Source: Lingula anatina
Lineage: Eukaryota > Animalia > Brachiopoda
Length of the DNA stretch: 64,000 bases
Assembly (NCBI GenBank): GCA_051362555.1
Contig: CM120644.1
Location: forward strand, 6,022,954-6,086,953
Direction of reading: 5' to 3'
Within the stretch, counting starts at the first letter, position 1, and each line of letters opens with the position of its first letter. Both the position numbers and the translations under genes were made by a program. This document shows, piece by piece, positions 37,607 through 51,073 of this stretch. The notes beneath the pieces are model-generated. The model ran no database searches, had not been told where the DNA came from, and was given only the letters and a program-made list of their open reading frames with translations.

Positions 37607-39495
37607 ATGAAGGCGTACATGTACAGGGTATTTTTGAATATGGAAAGAAGAAAATGAATCAATAGGCACCTTATATAGTTGTAGAGAGAATCAGCGCGGT
37701 TTAGAGAGAATCAGCTTCGTTGAAACCGAAAGGAAATATGTTTTTTAACTGACTTACAGCGTTATCGTATGTACAGTTTTTATTGTAAAGTACTCTTGTG
37801 TATGTAAAACAATACGGACATTATTCAGCACAAACAATGTGTTTTTAAAACTACATGATATTCTCTTGTCGTGAGACATTTGTTAAGAGAACGATGTAAT
37901 TCACTGGGAATATAAGCTGACGGAAAGCGCAAAAGAACGTTTCTGTTTAAAAAAAAAAACGCTTTAACGGCAGGTACATTGTGTACTACCGTTGTATGTT
38001 TGTGCGGGTTTTCAAGGCGGTAAACCTTGCACCGCCACAATCGTAATTGCGCTGGACGACTGCCCTGACACCTTGCGTCGTTTTCAGACACTGATGCGAA
38101 GAGGATTTATTTCTTTGCTGTGTTGCTGCGAATTCCGTACTTGAGGACCCTTTCGAAATCAAGCTTGTTTGGTTTTTTAAATGTTGCGCACATATATATA
38201 TTTTGTTTGTTGAACAAACGTCTTATACACTTATACATTATGTAGACGGGGTGCAGAAAAGATACCGGTTTTATACGGCATTTATGTGGTTGTGAAATTA
38301 TTATTTAGATTAAGCTTTAAAACATATGGTGATAAAGTGTTTTCAGTTAAGCCTCCTACAACTTACCAGAAATCAGATATGTTCCATCAACACGTTTCTT
38401 TATGAACAGAAACGTTTGTTAAGAATTCAGATTTTGAATGAATATACTGTTACATGTAATTAAATATAATGTTGTACAGGTACGAGAGAGAGAGGGGGGC
38501 TTTATACATATTGTATCTATTGTTGTTTTATATACTGGTATACAATTTTCTGAACCTACTTGTAAACCAATGCTCTAAGAAAAAGCAAAATCCAGTTGAA
38601 TTGCCCTAATGTAAACAAAAGTAATAAACCTTTCAAAGAATAACCTGAAACGAAAATAAACCCACCTATTCAATTTGGTAAGTGATATTTTGAGAGGAAA
38701 ATTGGAAAACGTGTTCTGTACGTGTCATTAAGTACGGAGAACCGCCGATAGGGGCCGACACCTATTAAGGTGCCATTCTGCCGTCATTTATTATTTTTAA
38801 TAAGTATATTTATTAATGATATCGAAACACTTGTTTGTGGACAATACAATACACGGTCTCTTTAAGACATTAATCATTGTAATGGAAATCAATGTAAATC
38901 ATTGATATTGTAGCTATTTACATGTCATTGGTTAAAATACAAGTTCTACAGGTAAAATGAACGGAGCAGCGCTGCATTTGTTGGGTTACGTTACAACATA
39001 ACAGGTGGTTGTTTATTTGACACTTATGAGTAATGGACATAGTAATAAAAACATTTCGATTACATACGTTTAGAAAGATTTTTGAGCAAATTGCAATTTG
39101 GCCCGGAAATTGTATTTAAGTATTTTTTAATTTTTTTATTGCAACCATCAAAAAAGGAATAAAACAAGAAGTGGCCTTGTCAAAAGATTGAAAATGACTT
39201 TTTTTCTTTCACAAGATATCGTCTTCCCAATCCTATCACTCCTTTTATAGAAGTTTGATGTTGAATTGTATCTAAAATGTTCTTTCATGGGTCCTAACAT
39301 CTTAGCTGCATTCTCCCTCCATCACCCTGAGTATTACAGTACGGGGCTGTCTTGTCTCTGACCAGTATGCTTCGCTTTTCAGGATAAGGTGATGATGATA
39401 ATTTGATCTCACATTACTCAACATACGCAACGACCAGGTTCCTAGCTATTTGCAAAGAATCTCATTGGGTTAACTGCGTGTATCACTGTACCTTA

Positions 39496-39687
39496 GGGCG
39501 CATTCCATAGATTTTAGATCGATCTATCTCACTAGATTACTGTCAAATAATCCGGCTGAAATGTCCGTCCCGCCTACTACAAGCTGTAAGGGGGTAATTA
39601 ACTTGCGTGCTCGCTCGGCCGACAGCTATTTAGCGTGAACCCCCAGTCGATCTAGTTGGATCGATCTAATCTCTGGGAACGGGGTCT
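39496..39687. mobile_element. Short MITE-like element
   Basis: Imperfect TIRs (ttccatagattttagatcgatc / gatcgatctaatctctgggaa); related copy at 811-932. Confidence 0.55.
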
Positions 39688-40797
39688 TGTTTAAACTGTT
39701 AAAATTTAATTGCCAGCCACGTAAAGTTGACTCTGCTGCATTGGTCTAAAAGCATCACGTGAATAGCAAGGCTGCTGAACGATATTTGTCTTCTAACGCA
39801 AATTAAGATCACTTCAATCCCGGGAGAACAGGTCTCCAAGACCTCGAAGTGCAGATTCTGTTCAGATTTTTCCAGTAGTATGTCATTTATTTTTTACTAA
39901 TGAAGATTACTATTGATGATTTAATTTCAATAACCATCAAGAAGTATTTTGATTAACGCCATGCTATAAACTTCATTTAAAAAAATCAATTTTGGCGAGG
40001 TTGCAAACTGCCTGCTATCGTCGAGTCTTATTGCTTCACTTCTCAGTAATTGGAATTGTTGCTAAAAAGCAGAAATACAGAAATGCAATATTATTTTTAC
40101 TTTGACAGATGGAGGATATTCTTGTCAAGGGGAGGTTCTTTGGGGCGTCATAAAACACTTTTAATGGAAAGGGAATCCCCTTACAATAATAACTGTAGCA
40201 CAGAATAATATATGTAAATGTCATTTTAGCAAAGTCTGTTGGATTTAGTTTTTTATACATACGTTCAACAAAATTGTCCAATATACTTTTCCAAACGACA
40301 CCGCAAAGCAAATTAAATCAAATCAACCAGACGGTAAACACTGGCAGGCTTTGTCAACTTTGCCATTTTGTTTATTTTGGACATGCGCAGATGTTTGGTA
40401 TCTGTGCTGGTTTCAACTCGTCAGTCAACATTTTTCGTGTTTGCCAAGGTCATTCTGTGGTTTTCAGCAGTGAATACAGGTAAGGTTGGGTGTTGTTATT
40501 ATTCACTCTGCACACGAAACACAATAAAAATAAGCATTGTGGTTGCCTTGTCCACTGAAAAGAAAACATTATGAAAACCGGAATTTCTCCTATATCAGCA
40601 CATGGAGTAAAATGAGGCGAATTCAGTAAATATAAATGTATTTGGTATGATAAAAAACATTTTTGTACTTCATTATATCAATAATGGCACCGCTTTGCAT
40701 CATAATGTAGCCGTATATCTAAGCAACTACGCGGCAACTCTACCCGACCGAACCCAAACCAAAACTAACTCGACAACGCCACGCCAAGCCAGTCATC

Positions 40798-41737
40798 ATG
40801 AGGGTGTCATGGAGTTTACGCGTCCTTCTGTCCGTTGCTTTTGTTACCTGTGCGTCCAGTTACTCTAGTTACCAAACGACAGGTAATCCACGGCGCGCGA
40901 TCGACGATGACGACGAGAAGCTCAGCCTTTTGGAGGAGGTACTTAAGAAAATTATAGATGATTCGCATGATGTAGATGATTTCCAAGACGACAAGGAAAA
41001 CGACGACGATGGGCAATCCCCTGCCGATCATCTTGCAGCTGAGTCGAACGATCAAGGTAATTTGTACACCCTGGTGCTTAAACGTGTTGAATACTTCAAA
41101 AACTAGATATGCATAGTCTATGCATTTATTTTTAATTAGTCTGCATTTTTTAATTTTTTTAATTTTTTTATTATTTTATTTTTTTATTTTTATTATTTTA
41201 TTAATTAATTTATTTTATTTTATTATTATTTTTTTTTTTTTTTTGCTTTACCTGGCTGTATTAATGTTTATGAAACAACGTCCAAGTCAATAAATTGGAA
41301 AATGTTCTTGTGTACTGTACTTAAGTTGTTTACCCCGTATACCGCTAATCTATGCAGAATCAAGAACCATGTACACATTTTATTTACGATTCTGTTGCTG
41401 TCGGCTGCAGTTGCATTTCAAATCCTGTCCGGTGAAGTTGAGGACGGGTTTAGGTTCCTTGTGCATCCCTAAGAAGAGTTCATTAGATTTTCTAAGTTGT
41501 ACCCTTCATTAATCGAAGTATTTTAATATTTAAAATATTAAAATATTAATTGAAATAAATCATATTTTTTACAAATGCGTAGTAGACAAAAAGTTACAGG
41601 CGCATTATATTTTCAAGGCACGGCACGCCTGACCTAAACATATTTCATATCCATTACCAGTCTTTAATTTTTCACTGATACATTTTTAGCAAAATTTGCT
41701 TTAAATTGACTACATGACAGTGTCTTTTCTGCCTCTT

Positions 41738-41809
<72 letters not shown>

Positions 41810-42902
41810 TTTTGTTTTGCTTGTTTGTGTTATATCTTTCATCATTAAACAGCTACATGTACCATGCGTTAGATTGTGACATTAAAAAAGCATTATCAAC
41901 TTAATGATGTTGTTTTCAAAAATGGCAAGAGACCAGTTCATGCACTCTTGACCCAAGCCATATTGAATAAAATACACATTTAAATGCTAAATCCCTGTTT
42001 AATGGGATTCATTGTATGACAGGTAGCGATTTTCATTTTCCACTCGATAAACGCACCTGCAGAGCAAGGAATTTTATTCATTTATTCAGCAGTGCCTTGG
42101 TTTTCTTGATGGATAAGGCCTACATGTAAATAGCGAGCCAAAGGCGACTGATTATATACTCTTGGTCAAAAAGGTTGACCCACCTTTAGTCCTATGTGAA
42201 TTTGTTTACGAATGATTGCATGGCAGCTAGAAACTGTTCTGACAATGTTTTCTTTTTATTCCATATACAAAATCTAACATGACTTAGGGATAAGAAAAGC
42301 CAAAATACCTTTGACGATAGCCTTATGTTATGCCATTAGTTCAAATTAAGAATATGCACCCCCAAACGATGTTCCACAGTGATTTTCATAGAGGTAAAAA
42401 TGACCGCTTATGTCAAACGACGCCACCAAAAGACATCAAATTTATACACAAGTAGCGTTAGAATATGTCTTATATATCTCCTGTAGCCAGCATTAAACAA
42501 GACTAGTTTTACAAGTGTTTTCGGTGCAAGCTGAACAATTGCCAGTTTTTTCCATCATCACGAATATGACTGATACACTGCCACTTCATTTTTTACTAAT
42601 TCATCATTTCAGCAAACTCAGGCACCGAGTGCCACCGACAGTGCGAACCAATCCAAGACTGTATAATTATGGAGTGCGGGAATGCAACAATGGCGGAGGC
42701 GGACCCACCCGTCTCCCATCTTTGCTATGCCCAACCCATGGTCCGCTTTGCCTCGGTAGAGCGCATTAAGACTGCGAGCAAGTGTGTTGCGGCGGGGAAA
42801 TACACCATGTGCCCTGGCGGAAGTTGTTTTGAAGTAAAGGGCTGTTACGGTACCTTTCACGTGAAGGTGTTTAAAATTGAATGCAAGACTGTGTGCACAT
42901 AA
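40798..42902 (+). CDS. Secreted prepro-protein of unknown family (~182 aa): signal peptide, acidic pro-region, Cys-rich C-terminal domain; exons 40798-41056 and 42613-42902
   Basis: MRVSWSLRVLLSVAFVTCASS signal; RR then a D/E-rich region; donor CAAG|GTAATT (phase 1) joins acceptor tttcag| in frame to ANSGTECHRQC...IECKTVCT*; AATAAA at ~43237. Confidence 0.75.
41743..41805. repeat. (TA)n microsatellite
   Basis: Direct reading. Confidence 0.9.
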
Positions 42903-43282
42903 TTCTTCTTAGTCGCTTGTTTTTAAATATGCCTTACGTCTTTCACTTGCATGTGAAGTATAACATGACTCTTGTATGCTTGAAGATGCTATATGGCATA
43001 CGTTTATTTTTAAATTTTATGTGCATCTTATGGTTAAAAATATATCTAGAATGAAAAGCATTTCGACAGCATAAATGTTGTGGTGAAACTAAGTTTTAAA
43101 ATCGATAATTTCATAATTCAAGAAATCAGTAAGTGCAAGATCAGACCATACATGTCGGTATCCAAAGTTAAGAACATTTTATAATGCAGTATAAGCGAGG
43201 TATCTGTAACAGAGCTACAGTGTATGCTTTGGAATCAATAAAAATCCATTATCCATCTTGTTAGTACCATTTGTGGTCCATC

Positions 43283-44745
43283 TTAGCCGAAGTCCTTTTC
43301 AACGTACTCACCATAACCTGTAAAAAACAATCCTCCTTTAAAAAACCACTTTTGCAACAAAACGCATACTATAAGAAGCTTACGGTAGGTACCAAACAAA
43401 ACCGGAACGGTTATGACTTCTGCTCACACATGTTAGATTTTTTCAAAAAGCTTAAATCCACAGCGTTTGATATTAATACACAGTCAACAATAAGAATAAA
43501 AGATGCACTTCTAGTAGATTCAATAGTAAACAATTATTATAGTCTCAAAGTTTGCCATTTTTAACTTTTTAAAAAGTTTAAAATCACTCAAGTTGAAGTG
43601 ACAGCATGGTATACACCTTGATTCCCAACTCGGGAAAACTTCACCCTTTACCAGGTCCAGGTTTTTCACTTGATATTCACAGTATAAACATGAAAAACAT
43701 GAAGTCAGTGACACAATTTTCTACTCTAACGCGACTCAGAAAAAAATGCACATAATTAACCAGAGACAAATTTGTGAATATCTAGTGAAAAATCAATCTG
43801 CGGCCCTGGTAAAGGATAGGAAACATCAACTGACGACAAAATCAACTTAAAGTAATACTCACAAGGCCTTATCATGCAATCACGGTCTTCCCTAAGAAGT
43901 CCGGGACACATTACCCCCGACGGTCCCCGACACTGTCTAGTCCGTCCCTGTCTCCCCTTTCCACAGGTGGCCGAACAGCGTGACCAGCTGCTCCACTGGG
44001 ACCACGACCCGCTCTCCTCGCACTCCCATTTGTTGTAGGACTTATGGCGGCAAGGATTGAGTGTATCTGGGATCCCTACCCCATAGTTGGTAGGGACAAC
44101 ATAGTGACTGGGGCACTTGATGCGCCTGGCCCGCAGATGGGGAGAGTTTTGGAATTCGCACTGGTAGAAGTAACACCGGTTGCTGTCGTCCCGTAGGTAT
44201 TGGTTTGTGCTCCGGTTCGGGTCACATTCGCCGACTGAAAAAAGTTTTGAAGCGCAAAATGTTATCATTTCTTTCTTTCTTTATTTATTTATTTACTGCA
44301 AAATAGAATTTAAAAGTCACTATATAAATGTCATCAAAATTTCCACTGTCATTATGCACTATTTCAAAGTTTAAAAAAGCGCCTTTGTATGAAAATAAGT
44401 TCAAGCCTACCGTGTTCTAACACAGACATATTAATGCTGTTCTTCAATGAAACACTCATTCATTATACCGTATATTGCCCGTTAAACCAGAAAAAAATGA
44501 AATACTTCTTTTTTCTGTCTTTCAGGTCATAGTTTGGATTAAAAATTATTAAAATATCAATATAGCACTAACACATTAGAACGCTACGCAGATGGTTGAA
44601 AGATATGATTGACCACCCAGAAAGTATCCTTAACGTAATACTGGACAAAAATTAGTAATAAACTGTTCCATAATCAGTTACCTTGGGCAGCAGACGAGAG
44701 CTGAACTAAAATTCCCAACATAAGATATACGGCCAGCGCCAGCAT
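43283..44745 (-). CDS. Small secreted protein (~156 aa): signal peptide + 6-Cys chitin-binding type-2-like domain + one thrombospondin type-1 repeat; exons 44745-44682, 44234-43863, 43317-43283
   Basis: MLALAVYLMLGILVQLSSAAQ signal exon with |GTAACT donor; TSP1 motif WSQWSSWSRCSATCGKGRQGRTRQC; split codon T|GT restores the last TSP1 Cys; TATAAA on the minus strand at ~44830. The last exon is less certain. Confidence 0.8.
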
Positions 44746-45871
44746 CGTGACTGAGTTGTTTTTCCTCCAAAATATGATGGTTGCTCGCCAAGCGTACAGC
44801 AATGATATAAACTACAAGTAGCGCGGGCTTTATATCGAATGGTGTATGTGACCAGTGCTACGTGTCGAAAAAAGACTGAGTAAACCCTACATAATTACTT
44901 ATGATAATTACCAATGAACTCATGATTTTTGCTAACGTTCATCACACGTTCAGGACATAATCGAAGATAACAAAAATATAGAGGAGTGTTAGGTAACGGT
45001 ATTTAACAGCAATTAAATAATAGCATATATGAAATGGTCCCACGTTACTCACTTCGGACACATTAAAACCTTACCAGAAACCAACCCCTGCTTTTGATAA
45101 GTATCAGAATTATGGCTGGGATAATTGGACTGTAATCGGGGAAGACGGAACATTTTAGAAACTATAACGTCCATTTGGCATCTGTGTTGCCTTCCTATTT
45201 TATGATTTAATTGCAATAAGCGCGGCGTGAAATGATAAATTATCTAACTTTATGCGTAGAAAGTTTTTTTAAACAAAGGTTCCATTTCCAGGCCCTTCAG
45301 ATCTTAATGTAGAGAAAATAATTTAAAATGGTCATTTGATTGAATGATCACTTCAGATGTTACAGGAAATTATCAGATCGGAGTGATGATAGCTACCAAC
45401 TTCTACTGATTATGTCGGGGTATTTTAACACTGTTGTACACGCTTGTTATTGTATGTTAAACTGAAATGTGGGCATGATAGAAATCCTTTTGTCTAGGGA
45501 AGAAAAGCAGCTCTGATTCAAATTTTACTTTAAGCCTATATTAATGCTCTGTCACACCTAGCGTAAAGACGTATGTTAAGATATTTTATAATTCTACAGA
45601 AATAGGGACATTTTTGCTCTGTTTAATAATTACATGAAAACTTACTGGGATGTTTTGTCATGGGGTTTTAAAAATAATTAAGGCTGATATATTATAGTGA
45701 CACAATTAAAGGCGGGGATGCAACATATTACCAGTTCGTGTGAGTATCGTATGTGACATCGGTAATACAATGTAGAGGTCCTACACTTTTCCCCCTCTTT
45801 CACCCACCCATCCACCCACACACACACGCGCGAGCGCGCGCAAACACACATACGGACACACAAGACATACC

Positions 45872-48800
45872 ATTTCCGGTAAAACAGCAAGTCATACCAC
45901 ACATTTGAATGTTTTTTCCATCTCTTCTTAGGGTCTCGCTAAAACTAAAACACGCCTGTTGTGAGTGAACCGCCTCGTGGGCTCTAGCAAATTACCTTTT
46001 GCATAAAAACACGGTATGCTTTAGAAAGTTTACATTAAGTGATCGATTTAAAACGAACATATTGATGGTATGGTCATTAGAATAATGTCTGCGTTGTCAA
46101 TATCATTACCTTTCACTTCAGTTAAAAGTACTTAGATTGGTGCCACAGAACTTGCACTTAAATTAAGCAAAATCAACATGTGCTATCTTCTCGGTAGGAT
46201 TGTCAGAGAGAAAATTGTTATTATTTAACAAAAGTCGCGTCGCCTCTATTGCTTTTTACAAGCACACATTTTGTCTTTTCATGCCCCTCCTTTCCTATCT
46301 TGCACCCTTGCTTCTCAAGACTGTTCATATGTTCATACAGTACCCGGGGCAAGTCCGCAGTCGACATTTCAAAGAGGAAAGACTGCTCAATACTAAAACC
46401 GCCCAGGTGTGAATAGCTGTGGACCTCATCCTGCTGTATATCGTCAGAGGTGAAAGCAAACGTTATCTCGGTGCATAACAAAATGAAAATAAAAGCATCT
46501 GAAGTCATCTAACTAGTAACGTTCCGAGCAGGCCTGTCGATGAAAGCCAACGAACTTGAATTGATTCAGTAGCCTTTTCCGGTAAAACAGCACGTCATAC
46601 CACCTGTTAACCGTGTTCAGCAGAAAAATGATATCCTCTCGATGGAATTATTTGCAAAATACTGTATGTTTTATTCAGAATTTCCATCGCTGCAATTGCT
46701 TATGTGGAAATTGCACCAGTTACTACACATTTCAATGTTTTTCCCTCTCTTCTTAGGGTCTCGCTAAAACTAAAACACGCCTGTTGTGAGTGAACCGCCT
46801 TTGATCCCATTGTACTCTTTAATATCATGGGTAAAGCCAAAATTAATCAAAGTATAAAACAAACTCTCAGTTCCATGTCGGGTTCTCAAACACGCATGGC
46901 TTCCTGTACATCATGAATTTTACCGTTCATGATAAACCGTGGTCGGGGACTGGGGTGTGTGGGATGAAATGCGGCACCCGGATTATCGATCGGGAAAGCA
47001 GATATACACATGTACAGCCAACCTGGCCTTGTCCGTGGCAAGTTTGAAAGTTTCCATCCAATCATTGCGCACCAACGAAGCTGACGTGGCTCCGTGGTAA
47101 CTTTGCTGTCTCGTAATCAGACTGACACTGGTACGCTGGTTCGAGACCCAGCAAATATAGTATATTTTTTCTTTCAGAATTAAATCTTAAAAATTCCGAT
47201 TGGTTACTATAAGGGGAAACTCGTACGTAGGGAGGGTGGGCGGTTTGTCACGGCGCAGTCGGTATCGTGCTTGGATACAAATGAGGTACCCAAAGCGACA
47301 TCAACCATGGCAACGCAAAGTCACGAGTTCGAATCCCGGATGAGACACGTCACTCCAACACGACAACGACCGGGCCCCTGAATCGGGATGTCACGAGAAC
47401 GAATCTGGGCTCTCGTGGGTCCTAGCAAATTACCTTTTGCATAAAAACACGGTATGCTTTAGAAAGTTTACATTAAGTGATCGATTTAAAACGAACATAT
47501 TGATGGTATGGTCATAAGAATAAAGCCTGCGTCGTCAATATCATTTCCTTTCTCTTCAGTTAAAAGTACTTAGATTGGTGCCACAGATCTTGCACTTAAA
47601 TTGAGCAAAATCAACATGTGCTATCTTCTCGGTAGGATTATCAGACAGAAAATTGTTATTGTTTAAAAAAGTCGCGTCGCCTCTATTGCTTTTTACACAT
47701 TTTGTCTTTTCATGCCCATTCTTTCCTATCTTGCACCCTTGCTTCTCAAGACTGTTCATATGTTCATACAGTACCCGGGGCAAGTCCGCAGTCGACATTT
47801 CAAAGAGGAAAGACTGCTATATACTAAAACCGCCCAGGTGTGAATAGCTGTGGACCTCATCCTGCTGTATATCGTCAGAGGTGAAAGCAAACGTTATCTC
47901 GGTGCAAAACAAAATGAAAATAAAGCATCTGAAGTCATCTAACTGGTAACGTTCCGAGCAGGCCTGTCGATGAAAGCCAACGAACTTGAATTGATTCAGT
48001 AGCCTTTTCCGGTAAAACAGCACGTCATACCACCTGTTAACCGTGTTCAGCAGAAAAATGATATCCTCTCGATGGAATTATTTGCAAAATACAGTATGTT
48101 TTATTCAGAATTTCCATCGCTGCAATTGCTTATGTGGAAATCGCACCAGTTACTACACATTTCAATGTTTTTCCCTCTCTTCTTAGGGTCTCGCTAAAAC
48201 TAAAACACGCCTGTTGTGAGTGAACCGCCTTTGAGCCCATTGTACTCTTTAATTTCATGGGTAAAGCCAAAATTAATCAAAGTATAAAACAGACTCTCAG
48301 TTCCATGTCGGGTTCTCAAACACGCATGGCTTCCTGTACATCATGAATTTTACCGTTCATGATAAACCGTGGTCGGGGACTGGGGTGCGTGGGATGAAAT
48401 GCGGCACCCGGATTATCGATCGGGGAAGCAGATATACACATGTACAGCCAACCTGGCCTTGTCCGTGGCAAGTTTGAAAGTTTCCATCCGATCATTGCGC
48501 ACCAACGAAGCTGACGTGGCTCCGTGGTAACTTTGCTGTCTCGTAATCAGACTGACACTGGTACGCTGGTTCGAGACCCAGCAAATATAGTATATTTTTT
48601 CTTCCAGAATTAAATCTTAAAAATTCCGCGCAGTCGGTATCGTGCTTGGATACAAATGAGGTACCCAAAGCGACATCAACCATGGCAACGCAAAGTCACG
48701 AGTTCGAATCCCGGATGAGGCACGTAACTCCAACACGACAGCGACCGGCCCCTGAATCGGGATGTCACGAGAACGAATCTGGGCTCTCGTGGGTCCTAGC

Positions 48801-50005
48801 AAATTACCTTTTGCATAAAAACACGGTTTAAAACCAACATATTGATGGTATGGTCATTAGAATAAAGTCTGCGTCGTCAATATCATTACCTTTCACTTCA
48901 GTTAAAAGTACTTAGATTGGTGCCACAGATCTTGCACTTAAATTAAGCAAAATCAACATGTGCTATCTTCTCGGTAGGATGTCGGTAGGATGTCCGTGGC
49001 AAGTTTGAAAGTTTCCATCCGATCGTTGCGCACCAACGAAGCTGACGTGGCTCCGTGGTAACTTTGCTGTCTCGTAATCAGACTGACACTGGTACGCTGG
49101 TTCGAGACTCAGCAAATAGTATATTTTTTCTTCCAGAATTAAATCTTAAAAATTCCGATTGGTTACTATAAGGGGAAACTCGTACGTAGGGAGGGTGGGC
49201 GGTTTGTCACGGCGCAGTCGGTATCGTGCTTGGATACAAATGAGGTACCCAAAGCGACATCAACCATGGCAACGCAAAGTCACGAGTTCGAATCCCGGAT
49301 GAGGCACGTAACTCCAGCACGACAACGACCGGGCCCCTGAATCGGGATGTCACGAGAACGAATCTGGGCTCTCGTGGGTCCTAGCAAATTACCTTTTGCA
49401 TAAAAACACGGTTTAAAACCAACATATTGATGGTATGGTCATTAGAATAAAGTCTGCGTCGTCAATATCATTACCTTTCACTTCAGTTAAAAGTACTTAG
49501 ATTGGTGCCACAGATCTTGCACTTAAATTAAGCAAAATCAACATGTGCTATCTTCTCGGTAGGATGTCGGTAGGATGTCCGTGGCAAGTTTGAAAGTTTC
49601 CATCCGATCGTTGCGCACCAACGAAGCTGACGTGGCTCCGTGGTAACTTTGCTGTCTCGTAATCAGACTGACACTGGTACGCTGGTTCGAGACTCAGCAA
49701 ATAGTATATTTTTTCTTCCAGAATTAAATCTTAAAAATTCCGATTGGTTACTATAAGGGGAAACTCGTACGTAGGGAGGGTGGGCGGTTTGTCACGGCGC
49801 AGTCGGTATCGTGCTTGGATACAAATGAGGTACCCAAAGCGACATCAACCATGGCAACGCAAAGTCACGAGTTCGAATCCCGGATGAGGCACGTAACTCC
49901 AGCACGACAACGACCGGGCCCCTGAATCGGGATGTCACGAGAACGAATCTGGGCTCTCGTGGGTCCTAGCAAATTACCTTTTGCATAAAAACACGGTATG
50001 CTTTA
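45872..50005. repeat. Tandem array: ~1.43-kb units followed by two 585-bp deletion derivatives
   Basis: Marker ctagcaaattaccttttgcataaaaacacgg at ~45984, 47422, 48796, 49381, 49966; marker tttccggtaaaacagca at ~45872, 46577, 48006; copies are near-identical. Confidence 0.9.
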
Positions 50006-51073
50006 TAGTCTAGTGAGGTTTTTGAAAAAAGGCTCTGCATAAGAGGCAAGGGGCATTTTGGGGTAAAAGTTGGGAACCAGGCTTATTGGCATAATTTTGG
50101 GATGCTGAATCCGATTTACCCGGTTCCCAAGCAAAATTTTGCGTTTTTAACGGTCTAATTTGCAAAAAAACAAAATGGCCGCCAGATTTCCTATTTTCTG
50201 CAATACCTCTGGAACTAGACAGGCAAATATGACAAATGAAGTGTCTTTACCTATATTTTCAGGGTCGAGGAACATTATTAAGATGTTTCTGTTAGAATTA
50301 GATTTACGCAATTTTCCTAAATATGCAAATTAGGATCGCCATTACTGAAAAACCGTTTTACTTCTGTATCTCTGTAACTAGGCAAGCAAACATGACAAAT
50401 AAAGTGTCTACACCTATGTTCTCAGGGTCAGGGAATGTGATAAATCAGATTTCTTGTCTGATGGGTAGCACTGAATTTGTGAATCGTGTCCGAGTAGCAC
50501 CTTTTATTGTTTCTTCCCTGTATCTGTCAAACACAAGTAAATCTGCTGATAGTTAGAACCTGCCTTCAGAACTGCTCTGACGTACGTGTCAGCCAAACTA
50601 CCAAAGGTCACTGCATTTTCAGGCTTTCCCAGTGAAACTGTCAGTGCTTGCCCATCAATTATAAGGCAAGGTGAGCAGAGGCGGATCCAGGATCATTTGA
50701 AGGGGGAGTCCGCGAAGGGGGAGTCCCCCCCCCCCCCCCCCCCCCCCCCCACTTGGCAACGGGTTAGGGGCCTGTTGAAGGGCCACACAAAATTTTGGTA
50801 TTTAAGAGGGTGAATGGTGCCATTTGGTATGGTTTACAACTATGATTCAGCTAGTCAAAATTATAATTTCAAGGGGGGACCAGAATTCGAAGGGGGGGAG
50901 GGGGGGTCAGGGCCTGCATTACGTAATATGTGGCAGTTTCTCTGAGCAGTCCTCTTTGGCTGGTTACAGAATGCTTATAAAAGGGCAGCAGTTCTGCAGA
51001 ATAAGTCTCTATATTTCGACAACGTCCAGTCAGAAGAGTTTGATATTTTGCAGACTCTTAGCTGACCTTACGG

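Noticed and set aside
40891-40953. Pro-region segment RR-AIDDDDEKLSLLEEVL-KK resembling CRF's LLREVL next to a CRF-type receptor
   Set aside because: Only a generic amphipathic LLxEVL match; it has no SLDL/SIN motif, the wrong length and no Gly amidation signal.
46221-48023. Repeated minus-strand ORFs (MSTADLPRVLYEH..., CKICG) in the tandem array
   Set aside because: Frames differ between copies through indels and no domain is recognisable; at most a transposon remnant.
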